DNA of 42,824 nt, taken from the IMG/VR virus record IMGVR_UViG_3300031949_000082, positions 1 to 42,824 of that record; one strand, 5' to 3'. A program made the translations under genes and the position numbers. The notes beneath the pieces were generated by a model. That model made no database searches, was not told where the DNA came from, and saw nothing but the letters and a program-made list of their open reading frames with translations. The DNA is from a virus (taxonomy: Duplodnaviria > Caudoviricetes). Of the stretch, positions 1-9,163 are shown one piece after another (the first letter of the stretch is position 1; the number at the start of each line of letters is the position of its first letter).

Positions 1-11
1 GATAAATGAGG
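1..11. repeat. Left copy of 11-nt terminal direct repeat GATAAATGAGG (probable cohesive end)
   Basis: 1..11 is identical to 42814..42824. Confidence 0.8.
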
Positions 12-158
12 TGCGATTTCGGGATGGGTTTTGAATTTTTTTTATGGCTTTACTTACATAAGCTTTGCAGTTACAGTTAGTTATGAGCGTAAGATTTTGG
101 AAAATTTAAAAGATTCATCATGTCGAAGCCAGGGCGATGAGCGTGTTTTGGACGCGAA

Positions 159-374
159 ATGATTGCGACTAATTTCACCGACGCAAGCAATTACATAGCA
201 TGCGTCGCAGCCGAATACCGCGGCGATCCGTTCGAGGCCCGCACCCTGACCAGCCGCCGATGCGGGGCTGATGTTCCTGAAGGTGCAATGATGATTGAGA
301 TTCGGTTCGATGAAAACAAACTCAAGGAAGTCGAGCGGATGCTCGCGGCGATGGCCGAAAAAGAAACGCGGTAA
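159..374 (+). other. Small mosaic ORF assembled largely from exact copies of other parts of this genome
   Basis: 205..226 = reverse complement of 40887..40908; 233..259 = 11025..11051; 258..352 = 10879..10973. Whether it is translated is uncertain. Confidence 0.6.
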
Positions 375-406
375 AAAAACTAATAGTAAATACGAAAGGC
401 AAATTC

Positions 407-1093
407 ATGGAAGATAACTATATTGAAAAGACGGTCGCCGGGCTCCTGCGGTTTCGCGATCTGTACAGCGAGAAGATTCGGACCCTGGATGATACGATCG
501 CCGTCATAAGAGCTTTGCCGTCGGAAGAGTCGGCTTTGTCTCTCGTCGCGGAATTGCCGGCTGCCGCGGATGAGATTCCGGAGATGGCAGCCGATGGGCC
601 GCCGGCGGTCCGGCCACGGCCGCCGCATCGCAGGAAGAATACGGTGAAGCCTCGCAAAGCCGGCAGCCAAACGAAGCCGCCGCGAGCGGGCCACGGGACA
701 CAAAAGAGAGTCCCGTCGCAGTATACCGGTGTGACGAAAAAAACAGGTAAACGGGGCGTGCGGTTCGAGGCACTGGCATGGGACTGCAAAAAAAAGAGGC
801 TGGTTTACGTCGGCAGGTTCGACAGCGAGATCGAGGCTGCAATTGCCGCGGCAAAGGCCCGCGGCGACAATGACGAGGTCCGGCGGCTCAGTGACTTGGC
901 AGAGCAAATAGAGAACAATCCCGACCGGCCGTCGCGCGGCAGTCGGCGGGATGACACGCCGACCGCCGAACCGGAGATTATTTACAAGTGTGTGCATTGC
1001 CGCGCGGAATATCAGTCCCGGACCGGTTGGTGCCCTCGGTGCGGCGGTGAAAAATTCGCCGCAGTAAAGCCGGAACCGCAGAAAAACAAGTGA
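407..1093 (+). CDS. AP2-like DNA-binding domain protein with C-terminal zinc ribbon
   Basis: SQYTGV...YVGRFDSEIEAAIA is the AP2 pattern; C-terminal CVHC...CPRC; RBS GAAAGG upstream. Confidence 0.7.
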   Translation: MEDNYIEKTVAGLLRFRDLYSEKIRTLDDTIAVIRALPSEESALSLVAELPAAADEIPEMAADGPPAVRPRPPHRRKNTVKPRKAGSQTKPPRAGHGTQKRVPSQYTGVTKKTGKRGVRFEALAWDCKKKRLVYVGRFDSEIEAAIAAAKARGDNDEVRRLSDLAEQIENNPDRPSRGSRRDDTPTAEPEIIYKCVHCRAEYQSRTGWCPRCGGEKFAAVKPEPQKNK

Positions 1094-1160
1094 CAAGTGA
1101 CAAGTGACAAGTGACAATTGACAATTATCCATTATTTTTCCATTCGTGGTAAAAAATTAC
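1083..1160. repeat. Heptamer repeat block (CAAGTGA/CAATTGA) at gene junction
   Basis: ACAAGTG x4, then ACAATTGACAATTATCCATT and ATTCGTGGTAAAAA; related blocks at 4706-4757, 22090-22131 and, inverted, 32181-32240. Confidence 0.9.
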
Positions 1161-1176
1161 GATCGGATAAGACGAA

Positions 1177-1584
1177 ATGAAATCGACCAATGCCGATAAA
1201 GTCAGAGCCGACGCGAGTAAGATCGTCGAGCGGCTGCGCAAGTTTCCCGCCGCGACGGTCGCCGGATTCTCCCGCGAATACGGGGTCAAACCCGAGACGG
1301 TCACGCGGGCGATTCGCACGGTGATCTGCGACGAGGAGTTTACGCGTTCCGCAGGCGGCGACGACGGGATAAAGAGAGCCGAGGCCGCAGCGGCCGCCGA
1401 AGAGGCGATGCACAAGGCCAATATCGCCGAGCTGCAGGGTGAAACTGCCGTTTGGTATCAATGCCGCGGCTGCGGATTCGACTCGGCCGAGCCGGTCCTG
1501 CCGTGCCCGAAGTGCGGCCACCTTTTGTTCGAGCGAATAGAGCAGCCGATCCGGTTCGCCCGACGTCATGCAATAAACGAATGA
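1177..1584 (+). CDS. Putative HTH plus zinc-ribbon protein
   Basis: TVAGFSREYGVKPETVTRAIR is HTH-like; CRGC...CPKC. Confidence 0.55.
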   Translation: MKSTNADKVRADASKIVERLRKFPAATVAGFSREYGVKPETVTRAIRTVICDEEFTRSAGGDDGIKRAEAAAAAEEAMHKANIAELQGETAVWYQCRGCGFDSAEPVLPCPKCGHLLFERIEQPIRFARRHAINE

Positions 1585-1594
1585 GCAGCGCTCA

Positions 1595-2596
1595 GTGACA
1601 TCGAAGAAGAAAAAAAATCATAAATCGCCGAAGCGAAGTCTTACAGAGGCCGCGGCCCAGCGGCTCGGCTTCGAGTGCGGGGACCTGGCCGAGGCGGACG
1701 CGGCGTCGGGCATCCGGCCGAACCTGGCGAATTATTTGCAGCGTCACCCGCGTTACAAGGCCGCGTATGACCGCGGGCGGTTTCTGGCGAATCTCAAGTC
1801 GCTCGCCGGCGTCGTGGCGACCGTCTCGGAGGCGGCGCACAAGTTGGCACTGGTTTCGGGCGAGGCCCTGCGCGAGATATTGGATAGCGACGCCGAGGCG
1901 GCGGACATCTGGAGCCAGACGCGGCTCGATACCATCATCGCGGCCCGCCAGGCCCTGCTCGAGGCGGCCAAACAGGGGAACCAGACGGCGATTCGGGCGG
2001 TCGAGAATTACCTCCGCGAGGAAAAGCAGACGGCCGGGCCGGCGGCGGACCTGGCTCATCTTTTGCAAAAAGAAGTTTGCGAGCTTTTTGCCGTCAGCCG
2101 AGTGACGCTCGGCGAATGGCAGGCCAAACAGGGCTTGCCGCGCAACACCGACAAGACGTATAATCTCTGCGACGTGATCCGCTGGTACGGCGAGTTCAGC
2201 AGCCGCAAGTCCGGCGGGCGAATCCTGCCGGCCGATAAGCTCCGAGACTTGAAGGCGGCGGAAAAAGAGATCGATTTAGCCGAGCGGCGGGGACAGCTCC
2301 TGGATCGAGAAGCCGTGATCGAATATCTCACCGCACGCTGGCAGCAGGTGATCGGCGCTTTTCGCTACAAGCGGAGGGAGCTGGCCATGATGGTCCATGC
2401 CCAGACGGTCGAACGGATCGAGGACGCCCTGGGCAGGTTCTTCGAGGACCTGCAAAATAGCTGGCTCAATGTCCCGGAGTTCCTGCAGTTGCCGCCGGAG
2501 GCGGAGGGCAAGCTCGCGGAGCTGTTCGCGTCGCTGGCGGAAAAGGAAGCCACAGACGCCGTCCTGAGCTTACCGAACGAGCACACAGAAAATTAA
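1595..2596 (+). CDS. Terminase small subunit (gpNu1-like C-terminal half, extra N-terminal helical region)
   Basis: Upstream of terL; winged-HTH QKEVCELFAVSRVTLGEW...YNLCDVIRW followed by coiled coil KAAEKEIDLAERRGQLL, typical of Nu1-like proteins. Confidence 0.75.
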   Translation: MTSKKKKNHKSPKRSLTEAAAQRLGFECGDLAEADAASGIRPNLANYLQRHPRYKAAYDRGRFLANLKSLAGVVATVSEAAHKLALVSGEALREILDSDAEAADIWSQTRLDTIIAARQALLEAAKQGNQTAIRAVENYLREEKQTAGPAADLAHLLQKEVCELFAVSRVTLGEWQAKQGLPRNTDKTYNLCDVIRWYGEFSSRKSGGRILPADKLRDLKAAEKEIDLAERRGQLLDREAVIEYLTARWQQVIGAFRYKRRELAMMVHAQTVERIEDALGRFFEDLQNSWLNVPEFLQLPPEAEGKLAELFASLAEKEATDAVLSLPNEHTEN

Positions 2597-2636
2597 CCAC
2601 GAATGAACACGAATAGACACGAAAGGCAGGTGACAG

Positions 2637-2729
2637 ATGGCTCGAATCACAATTGAGATCAACGTACTAAGGACAGGGAGAGGTGTCGTTAAAATTCTGA
2701 CATTAGTAAATATAGATACAGTGGAATGA
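2637..2729 (+). CDS. 30-aa small ORF (MARITIEINVLRTGRGVVKILTLVNIDTVE)
   Basis: Preceded by AGGCAGGTGA; its stop overlaps the terL start (ATGA). Confidence 0.4.
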   Translation: MARITIEINVLRTGRGVVKILTLVNIDTVE

Positions 2730-4681
2730 TCCAGCCAATCGAAAATCGAAAATCGTCAATCGTCAATCGCCGGCGTCTTCTGTCGCTTTTCGATGAAGAG
2801 CGGGATATTTTGAAGCCCCGCCAGCGGCCGCCGCTGATCGAGTGGCTGGAGAACAACTACATTCTGGAGGGTGGCACGGCGGCGATCGAGGGACTCTGGA
2901 GCCGCGAGTACACGCCCTATTTCGTGGAGCCGGCCGAATGGCTCTCGGATTCCACGACGCGGGAGATTTGGATATACGCCTGCAGTCAGTCGGGCAAGAC
3001 GACCTTCGACACGGGCTTCGTGGGCTATATCACCGACGTCTCGCCCGGCCCGACGCTGCTGATCATGCCGACCAAGTCCGACGTCCAGAACCGCGTCGAG
3101 GCGAGGATCCGGCCGATGTTCCGGGCGAATGAAAACCTGCTTCGCCACGTCCGCGGTCGGGACCGCAATATCTTCATCGGCAAACAGACGGTGATGGATC
3201 ACATGAACCTGTACATCGGCTGGCCTACGACGGCGCAGGCCCTGGCGGATAAGCCCGTCTGCTACATTTTGCCCGATGAGGTCGGCAAATTCCCGCCCTT
3301 CGTGGGCGAGGAAGCGGACCCGATCTCGCTCATGCGCAAGCGCCAGCGATGGTTCAAAGGCCGCTCGAAGCTCCTGGCCACGACGACACCGGTCATTCAA
3401 GGGGACATGGCCGATCAGAACTGGAAACGAGGCGATTGTTGTGAGTGGTGGGTGCCTTGCCCGCAATGCGGCCGGTGGCATCAGCTCGGCTGGTTTCGCG
3501 GCGAGAACGAATATAACGTCGTGATCGAAAAGACGGCCAAAGGCGAGTGGTACGCCGAAGGGACCTATGCCCGGGGTTTGCACTGCTGGTACGAATGCCC
3601 GCGATGTCACGCGCACTGGACCGAGGACGATCGCTGGAAGGCGGTGACGGCGGGCCAATGGGTGCCGGGCAGCCTGTCCCTCGATGAGCGGGGCAGTCTG
3701 GTCGGGCAGGTTGCGCCCACGACGTACCGCTCGATCCGTATCCAGGCCTTGATGCTGCATCCTATGGTCGAGACGGTCTCATCGCTCGTCGCCGAGTTCG
3801 TCACGGCGATCAAAGCGAGGGACGCCGGCAACATCCAGCCTTATAAGGATTTCTGGAACAGCCAGTTGGCCCGCCCTTGGCAGGAAAAGAAGGCGATCAC
3901 GGAGATCGAAGTACTCAAGCATCACATCGGCTCCTGTCCCCGGGGCAAGGTCCCGCCGGGCGTCCAAATGCTTACGGCCGGCATTGACCTGCAGCTCGAT
4001 CACTGCTATATCGCCGTCCTGGGCTGGGGGTACCTGGGCCAGTGGTGGAGCATCTTCGAGGAGCGGGTCGAGACGGGCCCGACGGACCGCCTGGAGAATC
4101 TCAAAAAGATGGAGCCGTATCTCGCTATGCGATTCGAGCTGCTGGAGGACCCCGGGCTGGTCATGCGCATAGCGCTGGCCGCTATCGACCGCCAGTACAA
4201 CAGCGAGACGGTCGATGCCTTCTGCTGCCACTATGCGGGGATGCTGCCGATTGTCCCCGTCATGGGCGATGACCGCTTGAATAAGCAGCCCTGGCGGGTC
4301 GGCGCCGCCGCCGGCGGGCGCTTGAAGCGATACGATCTCAATGTCGCGATGTATAAGGACGCCCTCTATCGCGGCTACTTCGAGGCCATCGTCGCCGGGC
4401 CGGGCTACGGCCACCTTCACCGCGACACGCAGTATTGGGTCCTCGAGCAGCTGACCAGCGAGACCAAGGAAATCGACCGGCGCGGGGAGCGGATCGTGTG
4501 GATTGGATGGAAGCAGAAGCCGGGCCGGCCGAACCATCTGTGGGACTGCGACGTCTATGCCCGCGCGGCTGCCGAGATCCGGGGGCTCTGGTCGCTGCCG
4601 GACCCGGGGGCCGAGGCTAAGACGACGATGCCGTTGCCCGGCCGGCCCGTGGGGAAACGGCCGATCAGAACCAAATATTAA
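2726..4681 (+). CDS. Terminase large subunit, lambda gpA family
   Basis: YTPY; Walker A-like SQSGKT; Walker B DEVGKF; Zn motifs CPQC and CPRC; nuclease motifs AGIDLQ and NHLWDC. Confidence 0.95.
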   Translation: MIQPIENRKSSIVNRRRLLSLFDEERDILKPRQRPPLIEWLENNYILEGGTAAIEGLWSREYTPYFVEPAEWLSDSTTREIWIYACSQSGKTTFDTGFVGYITDVSPGPTLLIMPTKSDVQNRVEARIRPMFRANENLLRHVRGRDRNIFIGKQTVMDHMNLYIGWPTTAQALADKPVCYILPDEVGKFPPFVGEEADPISLMRKRQRWFKGRSKLLATTTPVIQGDMADQNWKRGDCCEWWVPCPQCGRWHQLGWFRGENEYNVVIEKTAKGEWYAEGTYARGLHCWYECPRCHAHWTEDDRWKAVTAGQWVPGSLSLDERGSLVGQVAPTTYRSIRIQALMLHPMVETVSSLVAEFVTAIKARDAGNIQPYKDFWNSQLARPWQEKKAITEIEVLKHHIGSCPRGKVPPGVQMLTAGIDLQLDHCYIAVLGWGYLGQWWSIFEERVETGPTDRLENLKKMEPYLAMRFELLEDPGLVMRIALAAIDRQYNSETVDAFCCHYAGMLPIVPVMGDDRLNKQPWRVGAAAGGRLKRYDLNVAMYKDALYRGYFEAIVAGPGYGHLHRDTQYWVLEQLTSETKEIDRRGERIVWIGWKQKPGRPNHLWDCDVYARAAAEIRGLWSLPDPGAEAKTTMPLPGRPVGKRPIRTKY

Positions 4682-4761
4682 CCACGAATGAACATGACAG
4701 AGAAACAATTGACAAGTGACAATTGACAAGTGACAATTATCCATTATTTTAGGAGCCCACC

Positions 4762-5064
4762 ATGTCCAAAAAAAAAGAGAGCAACGATAAACCCCAATAC
4801 AGTTTCCCGACCGTGAGCGTGTGCCCGCGATGCCGGGGCACGCAGACGCGGGCCGTCTCGACCCAGGGCCGGATCCAGTACCGCGCCTGCCAGGCGCCCG
4901 TCTGCCGCCGGCGTTATACGCTAATGGGGACACTCGTAAAACAATCAAAAATAAAAGAACGAAAGGAGCAAACCAATGACCGGAATACGAAGAATGACCA
5001 ACGAAGAGCTCAAGAAGGAAGCGGCGGCGTTAATCCTGCTGCGGAACCATCCGGAGTTGAGTGA
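4762..5064 (+). CDS. Ogr/Delta-like zinc-finger protein (possible late activator)
   Basis: CPRC...YRACQAPVC; RBS AGGAG; lies just upstream of the head operon. Confidence 0.5.
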   Translation: MSKKKESNDKPQYSFPTVSVCPRCRGTQTRAVSTQGRIQYRACQAPVCRRRYTLMGTLVKQSKIKERKEQTNDRNTKNDQRRAQEGSGGVNPAAEPSGVE

Positions 5065-5278
5065 TAAACTGGCTGAGGCGCTGGGGACTGGGCACTTCCT
5101 CGTCACGGTGCACTGTCAGCTCGTCAAGCCGGGCGCGGCGGGCGACTTGCAGCATTATCTTTTTCAGAGCAGTTATCCGCCCGGCGATATCGTCAATTCG
5201 CTCCGGCACATCGCGACTGTGCACGCGGCGCGAACCAACCCGGCGGCGGATGCATCAGGGGCTAAAGGCTGGGTGTAA
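4976..5278 (+). CDS. Hypothetical protein
   Basis: RBS AAAGGAG before ATG; phage-typical codon use. Confidence 0.6.
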   Translation: MTGIRRMTNEELKKEAAALILLRNHPELSDKLAEALGTGHFLVTVHCQLVKPGAAGDLQHYLFQSSYPPGDIVNSLRHIATVHAARTNPAADASGAKGWV

Positions 5279-5302
5279 ACCCATTGACTATTGAAAAAAG
5301 AA

Positions 5303-5337
5303 AACCCTGCCCGTGGCTGAGCCGCCAGGGCAGGGTT
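5303..5337. terminator. GC-rich hairpin; U-tract is on the minus strand
   Basis: AACCCTGCCC...GGGCAGGGTT, preceded by AAAAAAGAAAA. Confidence 0.6.
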
Positions 5338-5369
5338 AAAAATGCGCATGAGTAGGATATTTCATCAAA

Positions 5370-5393
5370 ATTCTTTACAATGTTGTAAAGAAT
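5370..5393. promoter_or_regulatory. Perfect 11-bp inverted repeat, probable protein-binding site
   Basis: ATTCTTTACAA-TG-TTGTAAAGAAT in the intergenic region upstream of the head genes. Confidence 0.55.
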
Positions 5394-5557
5394 CTGCGTT
5401 TTGCGTGATAAAACGGGGAGAAAGGGCTTGTTTCAGGAGGCAAAAAGTGACGAAATAGCCTAAAGATTCACAAAGACAATTGAAAATTGGAAGCCGCGGA
5501 CGACGGATAGAATTTGGCGCAGCATTTTTTATCCGTCGCCTTTCCGCAAATCTTTTT

Positions 5558-5830
5558 ATGGCGCTGGACAGTAATTCAACACTCGATGATGCCCTGGCTC
5601 AGTACAACGATAATCTGAGCTGGGACGGCGATTCGACCAAGGCCGGTCGAGCCCTGGCCGCCGTCCGCTGGATCCTGATCAACCGGCCCCGAATAATCGC
5701 CACCAACGACCGCAACGTCAATTTCGATTCATTAGCCGCCGAGAAGGAACGCCTCGAAGCCTACGTCGGCGCCGCCGCAACCCAAACAAGCCGCTCATCT
5801 TTCACGCGGGGAAAGATGCTGCTGACATGA
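5558..5830 (+). CDS. Head completion protein, gpW-like position
   Basis: Short ORF between terL and portal; overlaps the portal start (ATGA). Confidence 0.55.
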   Translation: MALDSNSTLDDALAQYNDNLSWDGDSTKAGRALAAVRWILINRPRIIATNDRNVNFDSLAAEKERLEAYVGAAATQTSRSSFTRGKMLLT

Positions 5831-7338
5831 CCGTCCGAACGCCCCGGCATAGTAGCTCCACCGATCCGATCACCGTTGACGGCATGCGCCGCGTCTATGG
5901 CGCCCTGGGTTATCGCAGCGTCCGCGTCGCCGCCGCCGAGGGACGCAGCTACACGGCCTATCCGGGCGAGAGCCACGATGAGCGCGATCGCGCCAAGCTG
6001 GTCAGCCAGTCGCGCGATTTCATGCGCAACAACGCGATCTACAAAGGCATGATCGAGCGGATGGTCAGCTATATCGTCGGCAACGGCTTCGAGCTCCAGG
6101 TGACCGGGGCCTCCGTCGGCACGATCAAAAAGGTCGAGGGACTCTGGCGGGCGTGGTTCGCCAAGCCGGAGGTCCGCAACCTGCTCTCGGGCGCCGAGGT
6201 CTCGCGAATGATCTGCCGCGAGCTCTTGACCGCCGGGGACATCGCGACCCTCAAGACCGACAAGGGTCTGATCCAGCTCTTCGAGTCCGAGCAGATCGAC
6301 TCGACCGAAAGCAAAAAGTTTCCCAACGGCATCCGCAAGGACGATTACGGCCGGCCGATGGAATTTTCACTGTGCCCCTGGAAGACATACGGGATCGACA
6401 AGAAAAAGGCCAAGGCCGTCAAAGCCGAAGACGTGCTCTTCCTGACCAATCCGGAGCGGCCGAGCAATTTGCGCGGCGTGCCGGCCTGCCAGAGTTCCTT
6501 TGCCATGCTGCACCGGATCAACGATGTCTGCGACAGCGAGGCCATCGCCTGGCAGCTCCTTTCGCGGATGGCGGTATCCATTACGCGAGAGCAGGGACCC
6601 GAGCAGGCATTTGTCGAATCCAAAGAGGATCCCGACAAAACAACCGAGAGTCTCGAAGGGGACGCGGCAACGCGGATGACGGAATACGATTATGCCATCG
6701 TCTTTCACGGCCGGGTCGGTGAGGATGTTAAGGGCATCGAGCGAAATATCCCCGGCATGAATTTTCCAGAGTCACTGCGGATGTTCCTTCGGCTCCTGGG
6801 CCTGCCCGTCGGCTGCCCTCTGGAGCTGATCCTGCTCGATTGGACCAAGAGCAACTACAGCCAGTCCCGCGCCATCTTAGAGCAGGTGTACGAGAATTTC
6901 CTTTTCTGGCAGTACAAGCTGCGTGACTTTTTCTACGGCCCGCTCTTCGAGTGGAAGCTCAGTCACTGGCAGAGCCAGGACGGCATTGGCAAGAACAACA
7001 AGCTCACCGCCGGCTGGATCGTGCCCACGTTCCCCTGGATCGATCAGCTCAAGGAGGTACAGGCCTACGCCGAAAAGGTTTTGCGGGGATTCACGACCCA
7101 TAGCCAGACGTGCAAGTCGCTCAAACTCGATCCGGATGAGGTGCTCGAACAGCGCGAGGCCGAGGTCCGCGGCGCCATCGAGCGGGTCCAGCGGATCGAG
7201 AAAGAGATGGGCGTCCTGGTGCCCTGGCAGCATTTCGCAGGTCTCAAGCCGCCCACGGCGGTCCCGGCAAAGTCAGACGAACCGGACGCGTCCGACGAAC
7301 CTGACGATCAGGAAGAAGATGAGGACACAGATGCCTAA
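5827..7338 (+). CDS. Portal protein, lambda family
   Basis: SRDFMRNN, LRGVP, DWTKSNYSQSR and WIDQLKEV motifs; 503 aa. Confidence 0.92.
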   Translation: MTVRTPRHSSSTDPITVDGMRRVYGALGYRSVRVAAAEGRSYTAYPGESHDERDRAKLVSQSRDFMRNNAIYKGMIERMVSYIVGNGFELQVTGASVGTIKKVEGLWRAWFAKPEVRNLLSGAEVSRMICRELLTAGDIATLKTDKGLIQLFESEQIDSTESKKFPNGIRKDDYGRPMEFSLCPWKTYGIDKKKAKAVKAEDVLFLTNPERPSNLRGVPACQSSFAMLHRINDVCDSEAIAWQLLSRMAVSITREQGPEQAFVESKEDPDKTTESLEGDAATRMTEYDYAIVFHGRVGEDVKGIERNIPGMNFPESLRMFLRLLGLPVGCPLELILLDWTKSNYSQSRAILEQVYENFLFWQYKLRDFFYGPLFEWKLSHWQSQDGIGKNNKLTAGWIVPTFPWIDQLKEVQAYAEKVLRGFTTHSQTCKSLKLDPDEVLEQREAEVRGAIERVQRIEKEMGVLVPWQHFAGLKPPTAVPAKSDEPDASDEPDDQEEDEDTDA

Positions 7339-8611
7339 TTCCATCATCGCCGAATATCAGTCGCAGCCCTGGCTCATGGAACCGGCGGCCCTGGCGGCGT
7401 TCATCGAGCGGGTCGCCGGCCTGCCGGAGAATGCTTCGCTGATCGGCGTCGCCATCGAGCGCAAACCCGCCTTACTGGAAGTGGTCGGCGGCGTCGCCCG
7501 CATTCCCATAAATGGCGTTCTGCTCACCAAGGTCCCGGACTGGATGCGGCTGTGGAATCTCAACGTCACGGGCTACGACTGGATCGCCGAACAGGTCGCC
7601 GAGGCCTCCGGCCGCAAGGACGTCACTGCCATCGAGCTGGCGATTGACTCGCCCGGCGGCATGGTGGCCGGCGTCATGGGCGCCGCCGACGCGATATTTA
7701 ACGCCCGGCAAAACAAACCGGTTACGGCCCTCATCTCGAATCTCGGCGCCAGCGCCGCCTACTGGCTCGCCTCGCAGGCCCAGTCGATTGCGGCCGCCGA
7801 CGCGAATACACTCGCCGGCTCCATCGGCGTCTATAGCGTTTACGTCGATTGGTCCAAGCTCGAGGAACGGGTCGGGATCAAAGTCATCGTCATTCGCAGC
7901 GGCGAGCACAAGGGCATGGGAGTGGATACGATCACCGAATCGCAGATCGCCGCCGTCCAGCAGTATATCGACGCGACAGCCGGCAACTTCATCGCCGCCG
8001 TCGCCCGCGGCCGCGGCCGCACGACAGAAGAGATCGCCGAATACGCCACGGGCCAGTTGTGGATTGCCACAACGGCCCGGGAGAAAGGACTCATCGACGC
8101 CGTCATCGACGGCGCCCGACAAAATACGCCAACAGTTATCCAATCGCAAGGAGATCAATCTATGGAACCGAACCCAGCACAAACGGCGGACGTCGAAAAG
8201 GCCAAGAACGATGCCTCGACGGCCGCGCAGAACAACGAGCGCATTCGCATGTCGCAGCTCAGGACCGAGTTCGCCGATGACGCGGACTTTGCGATCAAGG
8301 CATTCACCGAGGGCTGGTCGCTCGAAAAAGCCAAGGCCGAATATTGCGGCGTTCTGCGCGAGAAGCTCAAAGACCAGGCCAAAAAGGCCGCCGAGAAACC
8401 GGCCGCCGGCGCCGCGGCGATCCCCGAGGCCGGCGCGGATGGTGTCACGCAGGGCGATTTCCTCGAAGAGGCCCGCGCGCTCGCGAAGGAAAAGGGCGTC
8501 ACCGTGACGGCGGCGATGAAGCAGTTGAACCGCCGCAAGCCCGGCCTGCACGATGCCTTCGTACAGCAATGCCAAAGCGAAGGCAAGCGGATGTACCAGG
8601 AAGCCTGCTGA
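7331..8611 (+). CDS. Prohead protease (S49, lambda gpC-like) with C-terminal scaffold region
   Basis: IDSPGG, ASAAYWLAS, GSIGV and FIAAVARGR motifs; ATG at 7331 after GAGGA. Confidence 0.9.
   Translation: MPNSIIAEYQSQPWLMEPAALAAFIERVAGLPENASLIGVAIERKPALLEVVGGVARIPINGVLLTKVPDWMRLWNLNVTGYDWIAEQVAEASGRKDVTAIELAIDSPGGMVAGVMGAADAIFNARQNKPVTALISNLGASAAYWLASQAQSIAAADANTLAGSIGVYSVYVDWSKLEERVGIKVIVIRSGEHKGMGVDTITESQIAAVQQYIDATAGNFIAAVARGRGRTTEEIAEYATGQLWIATTAREKGLIDAVIDGARQNTPTVIQSQGDQSMEPNPAQTADVEKAKNDASTAAQNNERIRMSQLRTEFADDADFAIKAFTEGWSLEKAKAEYCGVLREKLKDQAKKAAEKPAAGAAAIPEAGADGVTQGDFLEEARALAKEKGVTVTAAMKQLNRRKPGLHDAFVQQCQSEGKRMYQEAC
8162..8611 (+). CDS. Probable nested scaffold protein (Nu3-like internal start)
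   Basis: In-frame ATG at 8162 preceded by AAGGAGA; helical, Ala/Lys-rich sequence. Confidence 0.6.
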   Translation: MEPNPAQTADVEKAKNDASTAAQNNERIRMSQLRTEFADDADFAIKAFTEGWSLEKAKAEYCGVLREKLKDQAKKAAEKPAAGAAAIPEAGADGVTQGDFLEEARALAKEKGVTVTAAMKQLNRRKPGLHDAFVQQCQSEGKRMYQEAC

Positions 8612-8654
8612 AATAATTGTCAATTGTCAATGGAAAATTGAGAAAGGAGCATTT

Positions 8655-9119
8655 ATGGCAATCTATTCCAACAGTCCAAAGTCCGTCACGGCCGGCGCCG
8701 CGATTGCCGTATTCCTTCGCGTCAAGCTCGCCGCCCGGACGGCGTACCTGGCCGGGGCCTCCGATTACGGCGTCGGCACGGCCCAGCAAGCCGCCGGCTC
8801 GGGCGCTCGGGTTTCGATCCGGCTCTGGGAGCACGGCGGCAGCCACAAGTGCGTCGCGTCCGCCGCGATAGTCGCCGGTGCGAAGGTCTATGCCGCCGCC
8901 TCGGGCAAAATCGCCGCGACAGGGACATTGCTGATCGGAACGGCGCTGGACGCCGCCTCCGGCAACAACAGTGTGATCGAAATTTTGCCGCACCTGACCT
9001 ATAAACAGTCGAGCAGCTCCAGCAGTTCGAGCAGCAGTTCATCGTCTTCGAGCAGCTCCAGCAGTTCGAGCAGCAGTTCGAGCAGCAGTTCAAGCTCTTC
9101 GAGCTCAGCGGCGGCGTAA
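8655..9119 (+). CDS. Capsid cement/decoration protein (DUF2190-like) with 33-Ser C-terminal tail
   Basis: AAIVAGAKVYAAASGKI...IGTALDAASG motif, located before the MCP; Ser codons 9009-9107; RBS AAAGGAG. Confidence 0.8.
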   Translation: MAIYSNSPKSVTAGAAIAVFLRVKLAARTAYLAGASDYGVGTAQQAAGSGARVSIRLWEHGGSHKCVASAAIVAGAKVYAAASGKIAATGTLLIGTALDAASGNNSVIEILPHLTYKQSSSSSSSSSSSSSSSSSSSSSSSSSSSSSSSSSAAA

Positions 9120-9163
9120 GCAAACATTTAAGATTTCAGATTTGAAATTGAGAAAGGGACATT

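Noticed and set aside
233-352. Duplicated segments as a diversity-generating retroelement TR/VR pair
   Set aside because: The copies are exact, with no adenine-specific mismatches, and no reverse transcriptase is recognisable.
6923-7330. Extended starts in the ORF track (6923, 8553, 12372, 15661, 23168, 26140, 32328, 39257)
   Set aside because: They overlap upstream genes in another frame. Downstream ATGs with an RBS or stop/start coupling fit better.
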